From positions 1 to 40,797 of the forward strand of contig CAZCDQ010000006.1 in the NCBI GenBank assembly GCA_964497605.1: a stretch of DNA of 40,797 bases, in the 5' to 3' direction. The DNA comes from an uncultured bacterium. GTDB lineage: Bacteria; Latescibacterota; Latescibacteria; Latescibacterales; Latescibacteraceae. The translations under genes were made by a program, and so were the position numbers. The notes below the pieces were generated by a model. The model had not been told where the DNA came from. It did no database searches and was given only the letters and a program-made list of their open reading frames with translations. Positions 1 to 8,829 of the stretch are shown here, piece after piece (position 1 is the stretch's first letter; each line of letters opens with the position of its first letter).

Positions 1-157
1 GTATCCGGCGGCCGATCCCTTCACGCCTCAGCGTGCGATGCAAACGTTCCTCGGTTTTCTTCGGCGTTATCTTTTCCTCCAGCGAACGCGCCAAAACACT
101 TACTTGGACAGCGTACCTCTTCAACATTCCACTCAGCAGCGCTCCCACATTCTTCAT
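1..157 (-). mobile_element. N-terminus of a probable IS4-family DDE transposase, running off the window edge
   Basis: Manual translation from ATG at 157 (not in the ORF track): MKNVGALLSGMLKRYAVQVSVLARSLEEKITPKKTEERLHRTLRREGIGRRI. The LARSLxExxxxKKTExRLxR pattern resembles IS4-type transposase N-termini. A strong RBS (AGGAG) precedes ATGs near 180-183 in another frame, so the 5' end may be frameshifted. Confidence 0.55.
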
Positions 158-270
158 ACAAAGAAAGAACTGGTTTCATCATGTTTCTCCTTGTTGAAGT
201 GTAATTAATTTGATATTCTTTGGAGAAAGAGCCAATTGCAAAAGTCACAACTTCGACCGATTTTTTTAAA

Positions 271-382
271 CATATCCCTCTTAACAAAGAGGATGTCCGA
301 AGGACATGGGGATCATATGAATTAAAGTGTAATACTCTCAATCTGCCCCTCTCCTTTTAAGGAGTGAATGAAAGGATGAGGT
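271..382. repeat. Degenerate REP-like hairpin cluster
   Basis: CCTCTT-aaca-AAGAGG, then the perfect hairpin ATGTCC-gaa-GGACAT (293-307), then CCCCTCTCCTTTTAAGGAG...GATGAGG (347-382). Confidence 0.35.
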
Positions 383-631
383 TTTCTGAAGCTTCCAGTA
401 TTACAAGCGTATTTAGCTGGATAAGAGAAAAGGATATCCGGGTGAAACATATGATGTGGCATAAAAATTATCGCTTGACATCTTGACACGTTTTTGTTCT
501 ATTACAGTATTATTCGATATGCAGGAAAACAGTTCCCGTTCCACAATGCAACCAAATGAGTTTGACAACACTGTGACCCGTCGATCATCCACATAGAACG
601 GCTTCGAGCCGTCCTTGGTAGAGGTGATGTC

Positions 632-3600
632 ATGAATCGCTCGATCAGATTTGCTTTCGGATTATTGTTTATTGTAACGGTAATAGTGAGCTGCATTTTT
701 AGCGGTGATGAATCATCAAATACCAATGACGAGCAAACGGAAGTGACCGTCTCGGGTACTGTTGCCGATTCTACGGGAGCCGGTATAGGCGGGATCACTG
801 TTTCCATGATATCATCGCCCGACACACTCACCACGACAACCGCCAGTACTGGGCAGTATTCGTTCCAAGACGTTTCACCGGGCACCTATCAGGTAATCCC
901 GGAACATGAAAGTTATACATTTACACCGGCTTCGCAAAACATAACGGTTGCAGACAATGCGGTGACGGTCGAATCTTTTCTTTGCATGCCTGCCACCGAT
1001 ACCGTTTCCCAATCACTCATATATGGCATTATTCGCGACAATCGCGGCGAACCGCTGCCGGACGTTGTACTTACCATAACAGAAACTGCGGCACAGGGTG
1101 CGACTGACAAAGAAGGGTCGTTTGCGTTTCAGCATGTAGAGAGCGGCGCATACACCATCGTGCCCGTTCTGGCGGGATACACCTTTTATCCCCCTTCTGC
1201 CGAGGTTACCCTTGCGGATGACAATGTACAGGTTGACTTTATAGGTGTTGCCCAGGGCAGTTCCGGTTCACTTGTCAGCGGCTCGATAGTGGACGCGGAA
1301 GGCCACGGCATACCGGATATCGAATGTTCGCTGACAAGTGCGCAGGACCGGTTTATTGCGGTTACCGATAATGACGGTATATACAGATTTTATGATGTTC
1401 CTCCCTCGTCATACGGATTATTGGCAATATCCGGCGGATATACCTATATCCCAGAGTATTTGTCAGTATCGGTGGACGACACCGATGTAACATGTGATTC
1501 CATCACGGCGATTCCCGCCGGCTGTAACTGCTCGTTCGATGTGTTCGGCATGATTAAAGATCAGGATGGATCAGGCATTGCCGATATAACGGTAACGCTT
1601 GCTCCGGCCAATATCAATGTTACAACCGATAAAGAGGGATCGTTTTATTTTGCTGATGTGGTTCCGGGGAGTTATACCCTAACTCCCTCACTCGATGGTT
1701 ACGGATTTTCGCCGTTGTCGGCATCGATCTCTGTCATTGCCGCCGATGTCCGTAGGGATTTTACCGGTGTCGTTAATACAGAGGGATACCTAATTACGGG
1801 ACGTATTGTCGATACCGACGGCAACCCGGCAGAGAAAATCGAAATATCGTGCACCGGTCTTTCCGGACGCGAAACAGACAGATCCGATACCAACGGCTAT
1901 TATCAATTCACTGATATGAATCCCGGTGTTTATCAGCTTCTTCCGATCACGCTGCCTGATACAACCTTTGTTCCAGAATACCGTACGGTGACAGTTCAGG
2001 ACAGTGATGTATCCGTGGAGGATATAGTTATAACTGTATCACAGACCGGATATCAAAGTATTATCGGCCGAGTCGTCGATGTCTCGGGAGATGGGCTCGC
2101 AGATATATCGGTCGCTCTTTTGCCTTCCAATGTATTGGTAACGACCGACAAAGAAGGCGGGTATATGTTTGACGATCTAGATGACGGCCTATACCTGGTT
2201 TCGGCGGTAATGGAGGGCTGGCAGTTTACACCGCCGCTATTGACAATCACCATTGAAGGTGAGGATGTATTAGCTCAGAATATTGTGGGTAGCCAGGGTG
2301 CTGGCGGTACTTACGGTGTGTATGGGATAATAGTCGACAGCAACGGGGACGCGTTCGCAGATGTGGAGGTGAGCCTCTCACCCGGTGACAGGAGTTCAAC
2401 CACGGACAAAGAAGGTAACTACTATTTTTCATCGGTTGCCCCCGGTCAGTATACGGTAACGCCGGTAATGAACGAGGTCGTATTTAATCCTCTATCGTAT
2501 CCTTTGACAGTCGTAGATCAACCGGTATTTGTTCCCCCGTTTATGGCTAATACGGAAGGGAGTGGTGGCCACGGCGGCGGTGCCGGCATTCGCGTATACG
2601 GCCGGATTACCGATGCGGAAGGCCACGGTGTCTCAGGTGTTCAAATCCAGATCGGCGGAGGGGACGTGGAACTGAACATGAACACCGATGATGAAGGGAA
2701 CTATGCGTTTATCGGCATTCCGGACGGACAATATACTCTTGTACCGGTACCCTCAATGCAACAGGCATATTCGCCGCCAATGATGCTCATCACCGTTGCC
2801 GGTGATGATGTAGAAGCGAATTTCACTGTCCAGGGCGCTGAAGATGATCAATTACATACAATTACTGTAAACATTAGCGACAGTCAAGGATTGCCTATTC
2901 AAGATGTTCTGGTAACGCTTGGCGGCGGACCGGCGACACAAGAACAAGTGACAAACGAAACGGGCACTGTTACATTTACCGGTCTTGAATCAGACAGTTA
3001 TTCGGTAACTCCTGTGAAAACGGGTTGGACGTTCAATCCTCCGACACAGTTCGTCGTCGTTACAAATATGGATATGATAGCGGATTTCATCGGCTCAGAG
3101 GCAACGGCAGAGGCGTATTCGATTGCCGGAAGTGTGCTAAATGAATCAGGTTACGGTATATCGGGTGTTCGTATTATGGTCAACAGTGTAGACTTGGGAA
3201 TGCCTGTCGGCTCCGCGACAACACTGCCTGACGGTCAGTTTGTGGTTACCGACCTGTTTGCCGGTGAATTCAATGTCATACCCTCAAAAGAAGGCTATTC
3301 TTTTACTCCGGAGCTGCAGACTGTTACAATCGAAAATGCACCTGTATCTCTTGAAGATTTCATTGCGGTACGAACCGATATTCCCGAAGAACAAACGGTT
3401 TCGACTTTGGTTACCATGTCCGGCGCAACGCTTTCTGTCCGAAACCATCTGGGCGATATCATCGACCTCGAATTCACGCCGAGATCAGTCATTCAGCCTG
3501 TTACGGTTACTCTGACAACACTTGCAGAGCCGCTGACTATTCCGCTCTCAACGAGCACGTTCCCCGGTATCCGGATCGAACCTGACGGTCTCCTTCTGAA

Positions 3601-4621
3601 CCGTCCGGCGAAATTAATGGTAACATTTGCCGATCCACCCGAAGACAATGAAAAGAATACACTGTTCTGGTCGTTACAGGACGATTATATACTTCCGATC
3701 GGCGATCAGGTAAACTCAAACGATACCGTACAGGGCGAGATATACCATTTCAGTGAATATGGCGCGGGTATCGGCACAAGGGAAGAAATATCGGCGCAGA
3801 TTCAGCGTGCCGCATTAACCGGTATACCCGCTGAGAAAGTGGCAATGCCAGCATCCGCAAAGCAAACCTGGCAGGGAAGTTATACACAGGTCAATGCGCT
3901 TCTCCACTGGGCGAACATGGCTATGGTGCTGGGTGATAACTTCGCAGCAAAAAAAGCTCTGGAGGAGGCCAAGAAAGCGTCCGAAAAATCGATAGATGAC
4001 TTTCTCAACGAAGTTGTACCCCCTGCTGATCCGTGCGATGATTATTTCGAAACGGTTGACAAGCTACTGGCATTAGCTACAAGTCTGGGATCGGAAGGAA
4101 GCGATTCATACAATAGGGGGGTTGAAAAGTGGAAGCAGTTGTATGACCAGTGCAAGGTCAGGATGATACTCGAAATCGATTACCATCAGGTGATGAATGA
4201 GGATGATTATAACGACGATATGCGATATCAGGGAAGCGTGACATTCTATGCCCCGTATTTCGGGCTTAAGGATGGCGAAGATTTCGGAAAACTTGAGGGC
4301 GTCGGCACCTGTCTGCTTCAAGGAACCGGCAGCAGCGAAGACTGCACGTGGACCAAGGTGGGAACAGTTAATATTACTCTGAATGGCCAGATCACACTCG
4401 ATGATACCGGTGTCGCCTATCTCGAACTTACATTTATTGATGAAGTCGAGTATTCCAAGACGACTATTTGCCCCGATGAGACCTGGACCCAGGACGTCAG
4501 TTTTTCATCGGAGCCGTACACTGTCAGGATAAAAGCGGAAAAAGACAATAGTATCAATCAGACAAAAACAATTAGCGGCACGACCATGAACATCACATAT
4601 ACCCTGAGAATACCCGAGTGA
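632..4621 (+). CDS. Large surface lipoprotein: about 10 carboxypeptidase-regulatory/CnaB-like beta-sandwich repeats, a ZU5-like domain and an unknown C-terminal region
   Basis: Hydrophobic signal peptide ending in lipobox-like IVSC. Ten repeats of about 85-90 aa (xxGxIxDxxG...TDxEGxYxF..V.PGxY.V.P...GYTFxP). Then GIRIEPDGLLLNRPAKL...GEIYHFSEY. RBS GAGGTG upstream. Confidence 0.85.
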   Translation: MNRSIRFAFGLLFIVTVIVSCIFSGDESSNTNDEQTEVTVSGTVADSTGAGIGGITVSMISSPDTLTTTTASTGQYSFQDVSPGTYQVIPEHESYTFTPASQNITVADNAVTVESFLCMPATDTVSQSLIYGIIRDNRGEPLPDVVLTITETAAQGATDKEGSFAFQHVESGAYTIVPVLAGYTFYPPSAEVTLADDNVQVDFIGVAQGSSGSLVSGSIVDAEGHGIPDIECSLTSAQDRFIAVTDNDGIYRFYDVPPSSYGLLAISGGYTYIPEYLSVSVDDTDVTCDSITAIPAGCNCSFDVFGMIKDQDGSGIADITVTLAPANINVTTDKEGSFYFADVVPGSYTLTPSLDGYGFSPLSASISVIAADVRRDFTGVVNTEGYLITGRIVDTDGNPAEKIEISCTGLSGRETDRSDTNGYYQFTDMNPGVYQLLPITLPDTTFVPEYRTVTVQDSDVSVEDIVITVSQTGYQSIIGRVVDVSGDGLADISVALLPSNVLVTTDKEGGYMFDDLDDGLYLVSAVMEGWQFTPPLLTITIEGEDVLAQNIVGSQGAGGTYGVYGIIVDSNGDAFADVEVSLSPGDRSSTTDKEGNYYFSSVAPGQYTVTPVMNEVVFNPLSYPLTVVDQPVFVPPFMANTEGSGGHGGGAGIRVYGRITDAEGHGVSGVQIQIGGGDVELNMNTDDEGNYAFIGIPDGQYTLVPVPSMQQAYSPPMMLITVAGDDVEANFTVQGAEDDQLHTITVNISDSQGLPIQDVLVTLGGGPATQEQVTNETGTVTFTGLESDSYSVTPVKTGWTFNPPTQFVVVTNMDMIADFIGSEATAEAYSIAGSVLNESGYGISGVRIMVNSVDLGMPVGSATTLPDGQFVVTDLFAGEFNVIPSKEGYSFTPELQTVTIENAPVSLEDFIAVRTDIPEEQTVSTLVTMSGATLSVRNHLGDIIDLEFTPRSVIQPVTVTLTTLAEPLTIPLSTSTFPGIRIEPDGLLLNRPAKLMVTFADPPEDNEKNTLFWSLQDDYILPIGDQVNSNDTVQGEIYHFSEYGAGIGTREEISAQIQRAALTGIPAEKVAMPASAKQTWQGSYTQVNALLHWANMAMVLGDNFAAKKALEEAKKASEKSIDDFLNEVVPPADPCDDYFETVDKLLALATSLGSEGSDSYNRGVEKWKQLYDQCKVRMILEIDYHQVMNEDDYNDDMRYQGSVTFYAPYFGLKDGEDFGKLEGVGTCLLQGTGSSEDCTWTKVGTVNITLNGQITLDDTGVAYLELTFIDEVEYSKTTICPDETWTQDVSFSSEPYTVRIKAEKDNSINQTKTISGTTMNITYTLRIPE

Positions 4622-4866
4622 CGGATGTTTTTGAAAAATAATATTTGTTTTCCTGTAAAAAAAGCTTGATACTTTACCGAACGTTTTGCTTAATTCTTGG
4701 AATAATTATCCGCTATATGTCACTGAATGCTCAATTGCTACAATTTTACCTTCTCCATCAAAAAATCGGTAAAAAACGAAATTTTAATATTGATCAAACC
4801 TTGGAAGCAGATCAAGATTTTTTGAATATATTGATTATTGACAAGCACAAATTGCTAATGGACTAA

Positions 4867-5400
4867 TTCGGACTGAAGTCCGGGCTATCAAACCGTAGTC
4901 AACTCAGGCCATCAAGAAATGAAAGTTGAGCGGCATATATCTTTTTGTACTCTTTGCCTTGTTTCTCAACATATGCGCGGATCACTTCTTCATTCACATA
5001 GGCACCAACGGTATTGATAAATATCCTACAGTCCAGATGTGGCCATCCCAGAGCTTCTTTTTCACCTCTGGATTGTTTTTATATATTTCTCGTGCCGTCG
5101 CCACTTTTACTATTTTGACAATACTGGATAGCGCTATGGTCGGTAAACTTTGTACAAGAAAATGAACTTGATCTTCATCAGTTCCAATCTCTACAAAATG
5201 TATTTCGTACCGTTCGCTTATCCCGATGCATGTGTTTTTTTAAGCGTTTCCTCTACGGCCGAGGTAAATACTGCGCTCCTGTATTTCGCAGGGCAGACTA
5301 TATGATATAACAGGAGATTCTTGTTATGTCTTTTCAGGATGTGTTCGCTTATCCCGAAAATATAACCCCGGACTTAAGCCCGAGGAATTCATTCGATTAA
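4867..5400 (-). mobile_element. IS200-like element remnant with both subterminal hairpins
   Basis: Hairpin CGGACT-GA-AGTCCG (about 4869-4882) and a related imperfect CCCGGACTTAAGCCCGAGG (about 5367-5385) flank a tnpA remnant. Confidence 0.8.
4899..5352 (-). pseudogene. tnpA: IS200/IS605-family HUH transposase TnpA pseudogene
   Basis: Manual reconstruction: (I)SEHILKRHNKNLLLYHIVCPAKYRSAVF...[frameshift]...ISERYEIHFVEIGTDEDQVHFLVQS...EVKKKLWDGHIWTVGY[frameshift]INTVGAYVNEEVIRAYVEKQG...*. Start reads ATA, the HUH motif reads QVH, and there are two frameshifts. Confidence 0.88.
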
Positions 5401-5407
5401 AATAAAT

Positions 5408-5435
5408 TGAACTTGGATGAATTCTATTCCGTCAT
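5408..5435 (+). promoter_or_regulatory. ECF (RpoE/SigW-type) promoter, probably autoregulatory
   Basis: TGAACTT (5408-5414), 16 nt, GTCAT (5431-5435), about 30 nt upstream of the ECF sigma gene. Confidence 0.6.
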
Positions 5436-5464
5436 ATATTACAAAGAGACTGATATTGCATTGA

Positions 5465-6067
5465 ATGATGAAACTCAAACATGCCGCCGGGGGCACATTG
5501 ACTGACGAGAGTATCAGCGAAAATGTCCTGATCGAACGAATGCAGGCCGGGGATCATAAAGCCGTCGATGAGATTTTCGCCCGTTATAAAAGCCCTTTGT
5601 ATGCATTCATCATACGGGTCATTCGCGACACCGATACCGCAGAGGATGTTTTTCAGGAAACATTCATAAAAATGGTGCGGTACATCGGGAATTTCAAAGG
5701 AAAATCGAAGTTCTCAACCTGGCTGTTTCAGATTGCGATGAATCAATGCAGAGACACACTGCGGAAAGGGAAAAACAAGACGTTTGTGCCGGTGGATGAT
5801 TATGAGAACATGCTTTCAATCGAGCCCGACGCCGATCCCTACCGGCTGATGAAATCACGGCGGGTCAAAAAAATCGTCGACAGCCTGCCGGATAAAATGA
5901 GGGAGGCCGTCGTGCTGAGATATTTTCACGATATGAGTGAACAAGAAATTGCGGCGATCGTCGGTTGCCCGGAGGGAACGGTAAAAAGCCGCCTGTTCCG
6001 CGCTACCGGAATAATACGAAAAAAATGGGAATTATCCGAAAGTTATACTATGAAAGAGGGATGCTGA
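5465..6067 (+). CDS. ECF RNA polymerase sigma factor (sigma-70 regions 2 and 4)
   Basis: AEDVFQETF, FSTWLFQIAMNQCRD, LPDKMREAVVLRYF...EIAAIVGCPEGTVKSRLFRA. Confidence 0.95.
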   Translation: MMKLKHAAGGTLTDESISENVLIERMQAGDHKAVDEIFARYKSPLYAFIIRVIRDTDTAEDVFQETFIKMVRYIGNFKGKSKFSTWLFQIAMNQCRDTLRKGKNKTFVPVDDYENMLSIEPDADPYRLMKSRRVKKIVDSLPDKMREAVVLRYFHDMSEQEIAAIVGCPEGTVKSRLFRATGIIRKKWELSESYTMKEGC

Positions 6068-6459
6068 TGGAACAATCGTTTGACAAAGAACTGCGCGACA
6101 TACTCTGTGCATATGACGTAGGCGAACCCGGCATGGATCTCTTGCAGCGTACCAGACAAAGCATGCACGAGGAACTGATTATTCAGACCTCGCCCGCGGC
6201 TATGACAGCACAGTCGCAGACCCGATGGGCGTTTCTGCTGGCGGGGCTCGCGATTGCGATGAGTCTTTGTATTTTCTATATGTTGACGGTCGGTACAATT
6301 TTGTGGTTCGTTTTGCCGGCGGATATTTTTGTTTATCTCCGTCACGCCATGTACGCTTTTACCGCCGCCGGAGGCAGTGTACTTGCGGGTATACTTATCA
6401 TGATGATTATAAAACAATTACAGTCACATCAAACTTTGAGGACATCCCATGTTATGTAA
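6067..6459 (+). CDS. Probable membrane anti-sigma factor
   Basis: TGATG overlap with the sigma gene; short soluble N-terminus followed by two hydrophobic segments. The track ORF starts at 5965; 6061 or 6067 is more plausible. Confidence 0.65.
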   Translation: MEQSFDKELRDILCAYDVGEPGMDLLQRTRQSMHEELIIQTSPAAMTAQSQTRWAFLLAGLAIAMSLCIFYMLTVGTILWFVLPADIFVYLRHAMYAFTAAGGSVLAGILIMMIIKQLQSHQTLRTSHVM

Positions 6460-6576
6460 TTTAATTTTATTTGGAATACTAATTGAACAACTGCTGCAAG
6501 CCGCAATAATTCTGCGCGCACGGCCGAAAAAGCAGCATATATATGTAAATGACGGACAGTATATATAGGAGATAAG

Positions 6577-7107
6577 ATGATGGAAAACGGTATGAAAAAA
6601 TGTCCTTATTGCGCGGAAGAAATCAAAGCAGAAGCGATTAAATGCCGTTACTGCGGCAGCAGCCTTGTCGACAGAAAAATCAATCTCGATTTTCTCAAGA
6701 CACCCGGCTACTGGCACCGTGTCGACGAGGGTAAAAAAGTTGCCGGTGTCTGCACCGGCCTTGCCGCTCAGTTCGACGCACCGATTATCATCATGCCGCT
6801 CAGGCTGTTTTTTATTCTGACAACGATATTTTACGGATTCGGCTTAATACTCTATATTCTGCTATGGATTCTGATGCCGGCGCCTGTCGATCACAGCAAT
6901 ACAGTTAACGCGTATATTACCACCGAGCCGCCTGCGTCGAAGCCGGCCGCTCAGCCTCCAGCCGAGCAACAGAATGAGACATCGCCTGCGGCTGACAAAT
7001 CCTCAGAAAAGAAACAGGAGGAGGGTGACAGCTCCTTTGAAATCGAGGAAGTAACCGACGCCGGACAAAACTCCGGTGAGGATACAACCGATGCCGATAA
7101 TAAATAA
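6577..7107 (+). CDS. Zinc-ribbon + PspC-domain membrane protein with acidic disordered tail
   Basis: CPYCAEEI...KCRYCG; [12 protein letters not shown]...[12 protein letters not shown] (PspC signature); RBS AGGAG. Confidence 0.9.
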   Translation: MMENGMKKCPYCAEEIKAEAIKCRYCGSSLVDRKINLDFLKTPGYWHRVDEGKKVAGVCTGLAAQFDAPIIIMPLRLFFILTTIFYGFGLILYILLWILMPAPVDHSNTVNAYITTEPPASKPAAQPPAEQQNETSPAADKSSEKKQEEGDSSFEIEEVTDAGQNSGEDTTDADNK

Positions 7108-7193
7108 TACCGCCGGAAACAGCCCTTTTATAGGGAAGCCCTGTAGAATTCGGCACAGAAATCAATACCGGAAAGAGGAGTGAAAAGCGCCCA

Positions 7194-7976
7194 ATGGAAA
7201 CGAATGATATGAAAAAATGCCCGTACTGTGCGGAAATGATTCAAAAGGACGCCCTTAAATGCCGTTATTGCGGCAGCAACCTGAATAAGTGGGACGCTCG
7301 ACGGAGCGGATTGTCCGCGAACGACTGGCACCGTGTGCGTGCGGGTAAACGTGTTGCGGGAGTCTGTACCGGCCTTGCCGCTCAGTTTGGTGCGCCGCAG
7401 CTTGTATTGCCGCTTCGGCTGTTTTTTGTGCTGACAACGATCTTTTACGGATTTGGATTAATACTCTATATCGTACTCTGGCTGCTGATGCCGTCCGACC
7501 CCGAGAAGAACGTATACTCGAAATCTGATCAAACCGGCGACATTGAAGTCGAAACGCAGGAAAATCCTCCTTCATCTGCATCAAAAAAAACCAGCGCGGT
7601 CGATTTGGCGATTTCGCTGTTTCTCATCATTGCGGGCGTACTGTTCCTGTTTGCTTTTTTCTTCAACACGCACATATTCCCGCTCTCAATTTTTGACTGC
7701 CACATATCGTTCCCCCACATTGTTCGTCCGCATTTTGTCGGCCCACTGTCATGGGCGCTACCGTTTAGTATTCTGACCATGTTGACCGTTTTCGGCCTGT
7801 TCATCCTATTCATCGGCGGGCTGAAAATCATTCGTTTCTTTGTCGGATGCGGGTTGGTATTTTTTGGCACCATATTTCTTCTGATATTTGTGCCGTTTTT
7901 ACCACTGATGTTTCCGGGTTTGTTGATTCTCGGAATATTGCTGGTTATCATTGGCGGGCTGAAACTATTGTTTTAG
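7194..7976 (+). CDS. Zinc-ribbon + PspC-domain protein with additional C-terminal TM helices
   Basis: CPYCAEMI...KCRYCG; [12 protein letters not shown]...LILYIVLWLLMP; several further hydrophobic segments. Confidence 0.9.
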   Translation: METNDMKKCPYCAEMIQKDALKCRYCGSNLNKWDARRSGLSANDWHRVRAGKRVAGVCTGLAAQFGAPQLVLPLRLFFVLTTIFYGFGLILYIVLWLLMPSDPEKNVYSKSDQTGDIEVETQENPPSSASKKTSAVDLAISLFLIIAGVLFLFAFFFNTHIFPLSIFDCHISFPHIVRPHFVGPLSWALPFSILTMLTVFGLFILFIGGLKIIRFFVGCGLVFFGTIFLLIFVPFLPLMFPGLLILGILLVIIGGLKLLF

Positions 7977-8033
7977 CTGAGGTAAATGCGTCATCTAAAA
8001 CACGGTCATACATGGATGACATACTCATTTTTA

Positions 8034-8062
8034 TTGACAATATCGGTTAAATTTCGTACATT
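8034..8062 (+). promoter_or_regulatory. sigma70 promoter of tRNA-Thr
   Basis: TTGACA-N17-TACATT, ending 15 nt before the tRNA. Confidence 0.7.
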
Positions 8063-8077
8063 TACAATGTTGTGCGG

Positions 8078-8154
8078 GCCGATGTAGCTCAGCTGGCCAG
8101 AGCTTCTCACTTGTAATGAGGTTGTCGGGGGTTCGAATCCCTCCATCGGCTCCA
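8078..8154 (+). tRNA. tRNA-Thr (anticodon TGT), encoded CCA
   Basis: Acceptor stem GCCGATG/CATCGGC, D arm TAGCTCAG..GG..AGAGC, anticodon loop CTTGTAA, T loop GGTTCGAATCC, 3' TCCA. Confidence 0.97.
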
Positions 8155-8205
8155 TAATATAATTTACCGAATTCCTCATCCCTGTTATACATATTACCTC
8201 GAAGA

Positions 8206-8441
8206 TCAGCTTTTCTCTTTGCTCCTTAAAAACACAAGCGCTAAAAAGACTGCATAGACGCTGGCAAAAACTTTGATACCGATTGCGATATTGCTCCACA
8301 TGATTGTCCCGCCGGAAATAAGTCGGAGCGTATATTACTTGTGAGGAAGTTTTTGAAAAATGCGCCGTGTGTAAATCCCACCAACGCAATTAGGAGAAAA
8401 CCAAATGCGCCGAGGCAATCCATAAGCGAGAGTTTCCGCAC
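8206..8441 (-). pseudogene. Truncated, frameshifted second copy of mnhB/mbhF (C-terminal half)
   Basis: LSLMDCLGAFGFLLIALVGFTHGAFFKNFLTSN[frameshift]TLRLISGGTIMWSNIAIGIKVFASVYAVFLALVFLRSKEKS* aligns by eye with the protein at 12960-13403 (..MLKNYL..MRLLSAGTILWSNLIVGIKVGVFLFAIFLA). Confidence 0.8.
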
Positions 8442-8442
8442 C

Positions 8443-8817
8443 CTATAATAAGTTTTTTATCCGTTCCAGTAATTCGTCAGGATTTATCGGCTTTTCAAGA
8501 AACTCATTGCTATTAATAAATTCCGTATCGATAGAAAAACCGGTCTGTTTGCTGATTGACGACATAAAGATGATCGGAATCGTTTTGAATTCGGTATCGT
8601 TTTTCAATTTATACCCGATATTAAATCCCTCCGTCGTGGTTTCCATCATGACATCGAGAAGGATTAAATCCGGCCGTTCATGTTCGAGCATCCGCATGCA
8701 GGTGTCGCCGCTGTCGGCGGTCACTATTTCATAGCCGTATTTTTCAAGCATAATGGCGATCAACTCAACAATTTCGATATCATCGTCAACAACCATTATT
8801 TTCGTTCTACCAATCAT
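8443..8817 (-). CDS. Single-domain response regulator (receiver)
   Basis: IMVVDDD, PDLILLDVMM, FLEKP. Confidence 0.93.
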   Translation of the reverse strand: MIGRTKIMVVDDDIEIVELIAIMLEKYGYEIVTADSGDTCMRMLEHERPDLILLDVMMETTTEGFNIGYKLKNDTEFKTIPIIFMSSISKQTGFSIDTEFINSNEFLEKPINPDELLERIKNLL

Positions 8818-8829
8818 TGCATTCCTTTA

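Noticed and set aside
21-341. Track ORF of 106 aa ending in TGA, considered as a possible selenoprotein
   Set aside because: No recognisable motif or SECIS-like evidence; the overlapping frame looks like a transposase.
470-631. Riboswitch in the lipoprotein leader (tandem CTTGACA, hairpin ACGGCT-TCG-AGCCGT at 598-612)
   Set aside because: Only one small hairpin and no recognisable aptamer; promoter spacing is ambiguous.
4645-5165. Plus-strand ORFs 4645..4866 and 4926..5165
   Set aside because: The first is AT-rich intergenic sequence; the second is the antisense shadow of the tnpA pseudogene.
8078-8154. tRNA-Thr as attachment site of an integrated island
   Set aside because: I saw no integrase and no duplicated tRNA 3' end in the window.
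8006-8389. Minus-strand ORF of 127 aa
   Set aside because: Runs antisense through tRNA-Thr; only part of it is the frameshifted mnhB relic.
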